Counted from the stretch's first letter, positions 40,424 to 49,930 are shown. The stretch: DNA of 64,000 nt from an uncultured euryarchaeote (GCA_937911265.1 CALDRG010000063.1:5862-69861); one strand, 5' to 3'. Notes: a model not told the origin generated them from the sequence alone. Program-made: numbers and translations.

Positions 40424-43416
40424 TCCTCCCACCAGCCTTCCTCGCCTTCCTTGGGCTTCCCTTCCGCCTCATCCTCCTCGAAGAACGCCTCATCGACGAC
40501 CACGATCTTGTCGTCCAACTTGCCGAACTCTGACTCCATGGCCAACTCAGTGATTTTCTGCTCCTCCGCTGAAGACTCCTCCTGCTTCTTCTCATTACGC
40601 TCCATCTTGAGTCTCCTGCGTCTACTAATCAGAAGCCCTAGGCCGACTAGAAGCACGAATAAGTACGGAGCGAGTTCCCCTAGAACAAACATCCAGCTGA
40701 CCTCAACAGAGTAAGACACGATGTCCAAATTCTTGCTGCACTGCGCCCAAGTCGTCGCTTCGGGGCACACCGGAGTCCTGTACACTACCACCTGCCTGCC
40801 GTCGACCTCGGTCAACTCTCCGAGGCCCATCTGGCTCTCAAAGCTGAGCAGCCTGACCGAATGCGGCAGGTGTATCTCCATCCTCGCAGAGGATCGGATG
40901 GTCCCGAACACGGTGTGCTCCATCAGCGGCGTCACTTCGAGAAAGAACTCCGCCCCCTCTACCTGAATCCCTGAATCAGTCAGTATCGGTGACCCAAAGG
41001 CAGCGGCCATCTGGTTGGCTATGATGAAGCCAATGGCCGCGGGCTGAGCCTTGATGTCTATGTCTTCGCCCCTCAGTGCGGCTGTTACGACGGTGCGCTC
41101 GATTTTGAAGCCGAAGCGGAGAGGGACGCTGTCACCGACCTCGGAGTTGCTCGGCATCGTGGTGTCGCCGAACCCCAATGAGGGGGACACAGGGATATTG
41201 AGGAGGTCGGCAGAGATGGTGTACGGGCCCATCCCGAAGTCCTGTACGGTCTCGAATGAGCCTTCGGCATCTATGACCTCGCCCGATCTCATTTCCAGCT
41301 CATCGCCCAGCATCTCCATCCCGAGATTGGATATTTCGACGTCTATTGGCTCTCCAACCCCGAGGTCCAATGTAGCCTCGAGGTCTGAGCCAGCGAGCAG
41401 TCCGCCCTGCAGGCGGTCTCCCATCACGATGGCGCGTCTCAGAATATCAGCAGGGACTGGGTGCAAGGTGATATCGTCCTCGCCCAAGTCGATGCCCAGT
41501 CGGTAAATTTCCAGCACCACCTCGGCATTGAACTGGACCTCAGCAGCGAACGAGGCCTCCCGGATTGCGAACTTCTCGATGTCAACCTCGATGTCGAGCG
41601 ATATGCAGGTCTTCTGGTTCGAGCCGCAAATCAGGTCTGGGCTGTCGTCCTCACAGGGGTCGGATTCGAGGCAGATGGGGTGCCTCCAGTCAAAGATCCT
41701 AGTTCCAGCGAAGCCGAAATCATGCTCCCCTCCTCCTGTTGTGGGGGCTGTGATGACGACTGTCGATGGATCGCCAATGGTCGACTCTATCCACTCCGGT
41801 AAGTGCAAGGTCAGGGTCAGTTCGGTGCTCGGCATGTCATCAGGGATTAGGTCCTGAAGCCATCCGGTGTCAGTGGAGAGTTCGAGTTCGACCACGTTCA
41901 TAATCGAGGCGAGGTCCTCGTCAGTGACCTTTGATAGGTCAATGGTGGTGATGTCTCCACCGCTGTTCTCAAGCATCCTCTCGACTACAGAAGAGACCCT
42001 CATCGGGGTCGACTGCGATGTGGTCTCGAGGACGACGGGCCATGATCCATCCATGGCGTCCTTGCCCTCAATGCAGTAACTGACTTCGAGTGCCTCCTCA
42101 CAGGTCACCCCTGGGATGTGCCGGAAGTCTAGCCCGCCTTCGGAGTCGGCTTGCGCGAACTGCGGGGCGCCAAACCAGATGTCGGCACCCAGAGCGTCGG
42201 AAAACGCCGAGGACAGTTGCTCAATGGGTATTCCCTGAAGAATCGCGGACAGATCCTCGTCGACCTCTTGGTCAAGCAGCCTAATGCCGTCGGAGGTCAC
42301 CCAAGGGATCTCGATGGTGCCGTCATGCAGGTCGGCGTTCCAGTCATCTAAAGTGCTGGAATCTAGGTAGTGAATCGATATCTCAAGGTCGAATCTCGAG
42401 TTCTGAGTGTCGGTGGCATCCACTATCAGGTCAATCTTCAGCGAGGGTTCTCTCAGGTCGATGCTTGCGGTCGGAGTGGTAATCGACCTGTGAACGAGCT
42501 CGGAAACAAGCCTGACCGAGTCGAGGGTCGCCTCGGTCACAGCTTGAGTGTTATCGACGGCTATGATGGAATATGTCTGAGGATGGCCGTCGCGGAATGT
42601 CGTCTTGATCGAACCGGGAGTTTCGACACTGCTCACATCGGCGTAACTGGGCGGTATCACCGAGAGTTCGACCGAATGGCCCATCGGTGAGGTGGTGTTG
42701 AACTCGGAGGTCAATACTGCTCCCATGGTCAACATGCCCTGCATCATTCGGTTGATGTCTGAGGTCTCCGGTTTCAGGCCGAAGGCGCTGGTGTCGACCT
42801 CTATCTGTAACACGGCCTCAAAACACAACGGTGGCTGGAACGGGTCGTTGTCAAAGCCGTTGACCTCATCTATCGAATCGTAATCAGAGTCGTAAATGCA
42901 GTTAGCGTCCGGCTGTGCCTTGAAATCGACCTCGGAGACAGTGGTTATGGTGGTGGTGTTGACATTGGGGAAGTTGATGTCGATGAACTCCTCCATTATC
43001 TCCTCAATCCTCTCCAGCATCAGATCAGCCACGGTGTCACCGCCGCCCCTGTCTAGGCTCTGGTAATTGCGGATGTAATCTGCAGGAATCCCGTCCCACG
43101 GGGCGCTGTCGCCCGCAAGGTCGAGGTCGCTGAGTTGCAAATCGTCTCTCGACATCTCGTGAACAGCGAGCCCGACCTTCATCTCGACCATCTCTGCGTC
43201 CTCGATACCTATCTCTACGGAACTCCGCATCCACTCCTGTCCGGGAGTCTGGTCCAGCGCCGAGTCGTAGTCGTCACAGACCCCGCTGGCGCTGTTCCAT
43301 GTCGCGCAAATGTCGTTCACGACATCGGGTTGCCCAGGAGGAGGGTCGGCTGCCGCAATAGGTGCCATCAGGAGCATGATGAGGAGTACGGCAGTACGCT
43401 GCACAGACGCAGGCAT
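40420..43416 (-). CDS. Large acidic secreted protein with C-terminal TM anchor, unknown function
   Basis: Signal peptide ending AAA-D; acidic beta-rich body; TM followed by RRRR and an acidic tail. Start inferred. Confidence 0.8.
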   Translation of the reverse strand: MPASVQRTAVLLIMLLMAPIAAADPPPGQPDVVNDICATWNSASGVCDDYDSALDQTPGQEWMRSSVEIGIEDAEMVEMKVGLAVHEMSRDDLQLSDLDLAGDSAPWDGIPADYIRNYQSLDRGGGDTVADLMLERIEEIMEEFIDINFPNVNTTTITTVSEVDFKAQPDANCIYDSDYDSIDEVNGFDNDPFQPPLCFEAVLQIEVDTSAFGLKPETSDINRMMQGMLTMGAVLTSEFNTTSPMGHSVELSVIPPSYADVSSVETPGSIKTTFRDGHPQTYSIIAVDNTQAVTEATLDSVRLVSELVHRSITTPTASIDLREPSLKIDLIVDATDTQNSRFDLEISIHYLDSSTLDDWNADLHDGTIEIPWVTSDGIRLLDQEVDEDLSAILQGIPIEQLSSAFSDALGADIWFGAPQFAQADSEGGLDFRHIPGVTCEEALEVSYCIEGKDAMDGSWPVVLETTSQSTPMRVSSVVERMLENSGGDITTIDLSKVTDEDLASIMNVVELELSTDTGWLQDLIPDDMPSTELTLTLHLPEWIESTIGDPSTVVITAPTTGGGEHDFGFAGTRIFDWRHPICLESDPCEDDSPDLICGSNQKTCISLDIEVDIEKFAIREASFAAEVQFNAEVVLEIYRLGIDLGEDDITLHPVPADILRRAIVMGDRLQGGLLAGSDLEATLDLGVGEPIDVEISNLGMEMLGDELEMRSGEVIDAEGSFETVQDFGMGPYTISADLLNIPVSPSLGFGDTTMPSNSEVGDSVPLRFGFKIERTVVTAALRGEDIDIKAQPAAIGFIIANQMAAAFGSPILTDSGIQVEGAEFFLEVTPLMEHTVFGTIRSSARMEIHLPHSVRLLSFESQMGLGELTEVDGRQVVVYRTPVCPEATTWAQCSKNLDIVSYSVEVSWMFVLGELAPYLFVLLVGLGLLISRRRRLKMERNEKKQEESSAEEQKITELAMESEFGKLDDKIVVVDEAFFEEDEAEGKPKEGEEGWWED

Positions 43417-43466
43417 GAACATCAGAGCCATAAGTCTGAATCCAAAATGCTTCGACCAGAGGTCAG

Positions 43467-44384
43467 ATGCACAGGGAAGATCCACACCGCCGTCTCGTTG
43501 AATCTGTCGGAGAGGTGTTGCGCGGGACTGGATTGAGGCATGAGGAGTGCATAGCACTCCTAGACCGGTTGCCGAACAAGTGGGAGAGGTTTTCCGATGT
43601 CGTTCTGCTGCAGGACTCGGCGTTCCAAGGAGAATGGGATTTGCATGCCTCGGAGGGGCTTTGGAGGGCGGTTGCCGAAGCGTTGAAGGTCAACAGATTG
43701 GCAAAACTCGGGGAGATCTCGGGCGAGATGCGCGAGAGCTCCGTCGAGATGTTACTCGGTGAGGACGACTGGGTCGTGCGCCGAGAGAGTGGGGTGGATT
43801 ACGGTTACAACCTCACCCAGTGCATGTTCTCAGCAGGCAACGTCAACGAGCGGCGTAGGATGGGCAAGGTGGCCGGCGCCGGAGAGGTCGTGGTCGACCT
43901 GTACGCAGGCATAGGCTACTACTCGCTGCCTATGCTGGTCCACTCACAGGTAGATCACATCCACTGCTGCGAGTGGAATCCGAACGCTGTGCGGGCGCTC
44001 GAGTCGAATCTCAAGAGCAACGGAGTGGAGGGACGCTGCACCGTTCACTTCGGTGACAATCGGGTCACTGCGGCAAATCTGGAAGGGGTTGCTGACCGTA
44101 TCATCCTCGGTTTGCTACCATCAGCTGAGGACGGGTACGCCCTCGCTATGGCCGCTCTCAAACCCGCCGGCGGCGTGCTACACGTGCACGGCGTGGCAGC
44201 ATCTGGAAATCACGTCGCTTGGGCCGCTGGTGTTACCGAGGCGCTGCGTGAGAGGGGAAAGGGATTCTCAGTAGATGCAGTCAAGGCGCTGAGGGTGAAG
44301 AGTTACGCGCCGCACTGGGACCACGTTGTGCTCGACGTCACGGTCTCGGCTGCTAGCCGTCGAACTCAAGTCGAGCGACCCTAG
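43467..44384 (+). CDS. taw2: tRNA(Phe) aminocarboxypropyltransferase TYW2/Taw2 (Met-10+/Trm5 family)
   Basis: MFSAGNVNER, DLYAGIGY, EWNP, ADRIILG, VKSYAP. Confidence 0.85.
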   Translation: MHREDPHRRLVESVGEVLRGTGLRHEECIALLDRLPNKWERFSDVVLLQDSAFQGEWDLHASEGLWRAVAEALKVNRLAKLGEISGEMRESSVEMLLGEDDWVVRRESGVDYGYNLTQCMFSAGNVNERRRMGKVAGAGEVVVDLYAGIGYYSLPMLVHSQVDHIHCCEWNPNAVRALESNLKSNGVEGRCTVHFGDNRVTAANLEGVADRIILGLLPSAEDGYALAMAALKPAGGVLHVHGVAASGNHVAWAAGVTEALRERGKGFSVDAVKALRVKSYAPHWDHVVLDVTVSAASRRTQVERP

Positions 44385-44393
44385 CCCGCAGGC

Positions 44394-45071
44394 ATGGCTG
44401 CCGATTGGCTACTAGAGGCCGCTGTCCAGTACAACGAGCAATCGTTGGAGGGCAGGGACGGTTATCCGGCTCATCTCCTGATGCCAGTAGATACTCTGTC
44501 GCAGATACTCGATTGGACCTTTCAGTCGTTGCCTGATGAGATTCTCGTGGGGATAGACGTGAATCCAGACCTGCCCCACTCGGAGGAAATTGAGAAGGCC
44601 TATTGCGGGGTTGATTTCGAAAGTGGTCTGTTCTCAGGACAAGGTTTCGCCCTAGGTGAGCCTCATTTAGTCAACCGTGGCGACTCGTATTCGGTCCACC
44701 ACGTCCCCGAGGAGTGGATGGACGGCCTGTTCGACAAGGAGAGGGGGGTTAGAGGAGGACGTTTCTCGCACTGGCTGCATACCCACCCCAACGCCCCAGC
44801 GATACCGAGCGGGGCCGACGCCGAGTCCGCCCAGTGGACCGAGGGGTGCGACATGATCCTCGGCGTTCGCTACTCGCCCGAGGGCATGCTGCCGTGGCTC
44901 GAGGGCATAGAGGGCGAGCGACGCGAGCTGACTCCCACCGACGACGGTCGTCCTGTCATCGGCAGGGCTGTGACGGGGCATTTTATCCACGGATTAGAGC
45001 TGATTGCATTCCACCGGAGGGGTTTTGCTGTGAATGTGGTCCTGACCGACGCTACAGGCCTTCCAATATAG
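44394..45071 (+). CDS. JAMM/MPN+ (JAB domain) metalloprotease-like protein
   Basis: PDE...HTHPNAPAIPSGAD fits E-xn-H-T-H-x7-S-x2-D exactly. Confidence 0.75.
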   Translation: MAADWLLEAAVQYNEQSLEGRDGYPAHLLMPVDTLSQILDWTFQSLPDEILVGIDVNPDLPHSEEIEKAYCGVDFESGLFSGQGFALGEPHLVNRGDSYSVHHVPEEWMDGLFDKERGVRGGRFSHWLHTHPNAPAIPSGADAESAQWTEGCDMILGVRYSPEGMLPWLEGIEGERRELTPTDDGRPVIGRAVTGHFIHGLELIAFHRRGFAVNVVLTDATGLPI

Positions 45072-45180
45072 CGACAATAAAATAGAATTAATCAATATAA
45101 TATCACGCAGTACGCTGTTTATATTTTCTTAATAATTAATAAAAAATAATGTTGTAATTACCCTAATAACAACAATGAAT
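45072..45180. other. Very AT-rich non-coding spacer with an inverted repeat, between convergent genes
   Basis: 23 G+C in 109 bp; TGTTGTAATTA-CCC-TAATAACAACA at 45150-45174. Confidence 0.8.
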
Positions 45181-45199
45181 ACCCCTAGGAAGGGTCGTT

Positions 45200-45736
45200 T
45201 TAGTCGCGGAATATGTGCTCGCGATAGTGTTCAAGCTCCACAATGCTACCGCGGATGTCGTCAAGCGCCCGATGCCCTGCAGGTTTGGTCGCTCTCGGCA
45301 GATCCGGGTACCATCTGTCGACGAGTTGCTTGATAGAAGTGACATCAACGCTGCGGTAATGGAAGAAGTCGTGCAGTTCGGGCATGTAGCGCCTGAGGAA
45401 ACGCCTGTCCTGGCCAATCGTATTGCCGCACAGCGGCGATATGCCCTCGATGCAGTGCTCGCGAAGGAATTCGATTGTCAACGCCTCGGCCTCGGCCATC
45501 GGAATTCCATGGTTCCTGACTCTATCCAGAAGTCCATTCTCGGTATGGTGTGTGAGATTCCAATCGTCCATCTTAGCCAGTTCCGACTCGGGCTGCGAAA
45601 TCGCAAAAGCCGGTCCCTCGGCGACCACAGTCAGGTCGCCCTCAGTCACTATGGTGGCAATCTCGATGATGGTGTTCTCTTCCGGTTCGAGACCAGTCAT
45701 CTCGAGGTCCATCCAGACTAGTCTCTCCTCGACCAT
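45200..45736 (-). CDS. orn: Oligoribonuclease (DEDDh)
   Basis: LVWMDLEMTGL, HTENGL, LCGNTIGQDRRFL, FHYRSVDVTSIK, HRALDDI..SI.EL. Confidence 0.95.
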   Translation of the reverse strand: MVEERLVWMDLEMTGLEPEENTIIEIATIVTEGDLTVVAEGPAFAISQPESELAKMDDWNLTHHTENGLLDRVRNHGIPMAEAEALTIEFLREHCIEGISPLCGNTIGQDRRFLRRYMPELHDFFHYRSVDVTSIKQLVDRWYPDLPRATKPAGHRALDDIRGSIVELEHYREHIFRD

Positions 45737-45816
45737 GAGACTGGCGCTGGCGGGACAGACTTAGGGCTTCTCATGCAAGGGCGAGTAATCATAGTGTCCA
45801 GACCACGCGCAGGGAC

Positions 45817-47070
45817 ATGAGTGGTGTAGGTTACATCGAGTTGCTGAGAAGGAACTCCTCGTTCCGCCGCCTGTTCATTGCGAATGAAATCTCGTTCATT
45901 GGTGACTGGTTCACCGTAATTGCCCTCTTCATTCTCGCCGCCGAAGCCACTGACAACTCGCCACTGGCGATTGCCGGTGTGATGGCCTCGAGGAGTTTTG
46001 CGCTGGCTCTGGCAACTCCATTCACGGGGCTGCTGGCGGACCGATATTCACGCAAGGGACTCATGCTGGGTGCTAACATCGCTTCTCTGATTGTTCTTGT
46101 TTTCGTACTTGCTTTAGATTTGCTTGGGAGTCTGACATCGGTGTATGTACTGGCGGTGGTGATGGTGACTGCTAGAGCGGTCTTCGACCCTGCTGAGTAC
46201 GCCTATCTTCCCAACATCTGTGACGATCAGGAACTGTTGACCGCCAATGCCTTAGCCTCTGGAGGATGGTCGGTGGCACTAGGGCTGGGTTCCGCAATAG
46301 GTGGGCTGACTATCTCCATCTACGGCATCCAGACGGCGCTATGGATAGACACCGTGACCTTCGTTGCGGCGGCTCTGGTAATCATGACACTGCCACCCGG
46401 TGGCCCAGATACCACAGATAGGAAGAGTGTCACCCCTCGAGTGGTCGTCGAAGAGATTGGTGCTGGATGGAGATACATCCTATCCAGCCCACCGCTGCGC
46501 AGAGTGGTGTTCGCCAAGGGTCTGTGGGCCTCTGGAGGTGGGGCTCAGGTATTCCTGCTGATTTTGATAGGAATGGAAGCCGGCTTCGGCGAGGTTGCGG
46601 CGGGCATCGGCATCCTGTTCATGGCTAGAGGATTCGGTAGTGGCTTCGGCCCCATCGCAGGGAGGTCGCTGATGGAGAACCCACGTCTCAGACCGTATCT
46701 TCTGGGACTCTCTGTGGGGGTCTGCGGGCTATTCTACATCGCCGTCTCGGCTGTCGAGTGGACTGAGATGGTTCTGATTCTGGTGTTCTTCTCGCATGCT
46801 GCGAGCGGCCTTAACTGGGTACTTTCAACCACTTTCCTACAGGAGAGGTCGGCTGACGAATGGCGCGGCAGGGTGGCTGGAACTGATCACTTCGGCATCA
46901 CCTTGATGATGGGAATTTCGGCAGTAGTCGGGGGACTCATAATGGAGAACGGGCTTCTTGGACTCAGGGAGTTGATTGCCCTGACCGGGATGGTTCAAAT
47001 CGTCCTCGGGCTGGCTTGGATAATGCTAGCTTCATCGCATGAGAAGAGACTGTTAGACCAGACTCTGTAG
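45817..47070 (+). CDS. MFS transporter (DHA3/MFS_3-like)
   Basis: ISFIGDWF, GLLADRYSRK, LQER...WRGRV; about 12 TM. Confidence 0.88.
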   Translation: MSGVGYIELLRRNSSFRRLFIANEISFIGDWFTVIALFILAAEATDNSPLAIAGVMASRSFALALATPFTGLLADRYSRKGLMLGANIASLIVLVFVLALDLLGSLTSVYVLAVVMVTARAVFDPAEYAYLPNICDDQELLTANALASGGWSVALGLGSAIGGLTISIYGIQTALWIDTVTFVAAALVIMTLPPGGPDTTDRKSVTPRVVVEEIGAGWRYILSSPPLRRVVFAKGLWASGGGAQVFLLILIGMEAGFGEVAAGIGILFMARGFGSGFGPIAGRSLMENPRLRPYLLGLSVGVCGLFYIAVSAVEWTEMVLILVFFSHAASGLNWVLSTTFLQERSADEWRGRVAGTDHFGITLMMGISAVVGGLIMENGLLGLRELIALTGMVQIVLGLAWIMLASSHEKRLLDQTL

Positions 47071-47862
47071 GCCGGCTAGCACGGCCAGTGGCGCTATCGA
47101 GAAAATGGTGTCACGGAGCAGTGAGCGAGTAGATGCCTTGGCGCGAGCGGTGATTCTTGACTGAATGTCCTCATCCAGCTTGTCCATCATACCTCCAGCG
47201 GGCCCTCTGACTTGTTCCAGAGCACTCTCGACAGCGTCAGCACCCATGTCCAACAGACTCGATACGAGATCTGAAAGCGGTCCACGCTTGGGCGCTGGGG
47301 TGTGTTCTCCGTCTACTGTGTGCTCCACGTCTATCACCGTTCTCCAAGGCCGTGGTACCTCGATTTCTCCGACCCCCTTGAGAATCTCGCGACCCACTAC
47401 GGCCGCTTGCACCGCCATCTTTGCTGTGGTGAGGTTGTACTTGGTCAGCAACTGAATATCACGACGCGAGCGGGTGACCTTTCCAAAGTCAGCAATCAGC
47501 CAAGCCGCACCCGCTATGAGGAGCAGTGCCACTCCTATCTGAGGGGTTTGTTCCCAGCTGGGCCAACCGATTGGACCGAACCAAATGCGGGCAGTGATTG
47601 CTATAATTGCAGGGAGTAGGAAAGCTAGGACCTCATTGACGACTATCAGCCAGAAGCCTTCGATTGGGAGCTTCTTCAGTCTCACGAAAAACCACCTGAT
47701 ATGCTTCGTCCTCTCACCAGGTGGGGCGTAGGTATTCACCAGATCCATCAAAGGCGGCATCACGAAAACCATCCTCATGATGAAGGGGATCACCAGCATC
47801 AGTAGGTAAGCGTCCCATGGAGATGCGGGAGGCAGACTAGGGAAGGCGATGGCCTCTGACAT
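47053..47862 (-). CDS. Hypothetical membrane protein
   Basis: Long ORF with 3-4 hydrophobic segments filling the gap; start inferred. Confidence 0.7.
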   Translation of the reverse strand: MSEAIAFPSLPPASPWDAYLLMLVIPFIMRMVFVMPPLMDLVNTYAPPGERTKHIRWFFVRLKKLPIEGFWLIVVNEVLAFLLPAIIAITARIWFGPIGWPSWEQTPQIGVALLLIAGAAWLIADFGKVTRSRRDIQLLTKYNLTTAKMAVQAAVVGREILKGVGEIEVPRPWRTVIDVEHTVDGEHTPAPKRGPLSDLVSSLLDMGADAVESALEQVRGPAGGMMDKLDEDIQSRITARAKASTRSLLRDTIFSIAPLAVLAGLQSLV

Positions 47863-47905
47863 TGGCGCTGAGTGGAGTCTGACCCCCATCAACCTCACTA
47901 CGGCC

Positions 47906-48340
47906 TCACATAGCCGACTCGCGCAAGACGGAGGCCTGGTTCGAAGCCGACCTGACCAGCACGATGGCGATTATTGCTCCCGAGGCGAAGGCGGTGCCGA
48001 TGTACTGGTGCGTATTGAAGAACAGCCACGCTAATCCCAGAAGGGACAGGTAAGACACCATCTGGCAGATGATTGACAGTCTCAGCAGTATGATATACTC
48101 GACGTCATTGGGATTATCGAATTCTTGGATGTAAGAGTTGATGAGGAAGAAGACTGCTTGGAAAGGTAGCGCAGCTGCAAGTATGGCAAGGCCAATCACA
48201 GTCCCCATGTCTGGATTATCTGGACTCAACTCCAGACCTCGGAACAGCATGTTACCCATGTTGACACCGATAATTGCAGCGTGGATTGTCCACGCCTTGT
48301 CCGAAGGAGCGTTGTCTCCACGGGCATTCTCCGGAACCAT
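47906..48340 (-). CDS. Hypothetical membrane protein (about 4 TM)
   Basis: Hydrophobic 144-aa ORF filling the gap. Confidence 0.7.
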   Translation of the reverse strand: MVPENARGDNAPSDKAWTIHAAIIGVNMGNMLFRGLELSPDNPDMGTVIGLAILAAALPFQAVFFLINSYIQEFDNPNDVEYIILLRLSIICQMVSYLSLLGLAWLFFNTHQYIGTAFASGAIIAIVLVRSASNQASVLRESAM

Positions 48341-48452
48341 GCCCGCGCTCGGTCTCGCAGCACTGTTGAATATTACTCTCGCAGAGCAATGCTCAGGCGG
48401 GGTTCCGAGGTATGCGCGTACCTACCCAGCGCTTCCAGACAGATGGAATCCT

Positions 48453-49892
48453 TCAGGGGAGATCTTCCGCAGGGCTATTCGCTTCCAGCAGTGCCGCCGT
48501 CCAGTCATTCTGAAAGACGCCTTGCGGGTCAAACGTATTGCAGACAGTGCGGAAAGTATCGAACCGGGGATAGAGGGATGTTATCTCGTCGGCCTCGAGA
48601 GGGCACACCTTCCCCCAGTGCGGGCGCGCATGGAACAGTTTTGACATGCTTCGAGCCATGAAGCTCGCGAACAGGAGAAAACCAGCACGCCGAGCCGGCT
48701 TCGCGTAGCTGATGAAACTTAGCGCGTACCAGTCCTCGCCCGCGCCGCTGGCCATCGAGATCAAGGTGTCATCTGGAAGCACCCGCCTCACGCAGATAGG
48801 GAAGTGGTGGCAGTACTGGTCGTGAAGTCCGGCCAGTTCCTCCTGCATGCCGAAACCCTCGATCTGTCTCTGGTTGCCTGCAGACAACGCTGACTCCCTC
48901 CCTCCAGCGACCTCGATGGTTTCTTGGGCGAACCCGAGCGCGTCCGCCAACTGGTCTCGGCGCACGAACAATTCGATCTCGATGTGGCGGAAGGCATCGT
49001 GCTTCATCACCAGCATGGACGAGGAGCGGTCTGTGACTTTCCAGTTACGAATCAAGAAGGCTGGGATGATACGCTGAAAGGCGAGCCGAATCAAGCGCCG
49101 GCTGCGCACAACGCGTTCCATGAAAAGAATCTGTAGGATCAAGCCGTAGTCCATTATTCCCATCCAGTAGAGACGGTACAGCCTAGCGAGGCGGGAACGC
49201 GGTCGGTCATCTTCTCTCCGGTGCTGGATGAAGTAAGACCAACGCCAGGGTAAGAGGTAGAACTGCTGGAGCGGGAATGGCGCTTCGGCGTCCAGAACAT
49301 CCGACAGCTGATAGGACTCGGTGAAATGCTCCTGCACGTTGTACTGTTCACGGCAGCGAATCTTCACAGCTAGGATGATTCCGAGCGATCCCAGTGAGCA
49401 GCGGGCTGCCTGCAGAGATTCTCCGGCGTTCAGCTCCTCGATGATCGCCTGGCCACTGGAATCGTCATAGCGCGCCAGTCGCACCCCCTCGACATAGTGC
49501 GACATGCTGTTGCGTCCCGAACCGTGAGTGCCGGTGGAAATCGCCCCGGCAATCGTCTGGGCCGTGATCAGCCCCAGCGAATGCAGGGTTGCTCCCTCAC
49601 GGCCGAGCTCTTTGAGGAGGTGCTTGATCTGGCATCCGGCACCAACTGTGGCAACTAGCTGGTCGCCGTCGGACTGGATCTGGACGTCGTTCAACCGCCG
49701 CAGGTCCAGCAGCACGTCGTCACTGAGGACCGCTTCGCTCCAGCTATGTAATCTGCCGACGGCGCGGATGCGCTGGCCGTTGTGTCTGTCGAGAATCTGA
49801 AGGACTTCCTGCTCATCAGATGGAGTGTAGGCTGCCGACGGCCGAAGCACCTGGTTGCGGCCGAAATTCTTGCGTTGGATGCTCTGAACCAC
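48453..49892 (-). CDS. FAD-linked oxidoreductase, aldonolactone oxidase (ALO/GULO) family
   Basis: VGRLHSWS, QTIAGAISTGTHG, SLGSLGII, RPHWGK, DPQGVFQN. Confidence 0.85.
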   Translation of the reverse strand: MVQSIQRKNFGRNQVLRPSAAYTPSDEQEVLQILDRHNGQRIRAVGRLHSWSEAVLSDDVLLDLRRLNDVQIQSDGDQLVATVGAGCQIKHLLKELGREGATLHSLGLITAQTIAGAISTGTHGSGRNSMSHYVEGVRLARYDDSSGQAIIEELNAGESLQAARCSLGSLGIILAVKIRCREQYNVQEHFTESYQLSDVLDAEAPFPLQQFYLLPWRWSYFIQHRREDDRPRSRLARLYRLYWMGIMDYGLILQILFMERVVRSRRLIRLAFQRIIPAFLIRNWKVTDRSSSMLVMKHDAFRHIEIELFVRRDQLADALGFAQETIEVAGGRESALSAGNQRQIEGFGMQEELAGLHDQYCHHFPICVRRVLPDDTLISMASGAGEDWYALSFISYAKPARRAGFLLFASFMARSMSKLFHARPHWGKVCPLEADEITSLYPRFDTFRTVCNTFDPQGVFQNDWTAALLEANSPAEDLP

Positions 49893-49930
49893 GCGTCTGC
49901 GAAGGATGGTCTGGTATAGAAATCCCCAAC

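Noticed and set aside
45094-45126. AATATAA...TTATATT as a XerA dif site
   Set aside because: The arms are separated by 18 bp, not the 6-bp spacer of dif sites.
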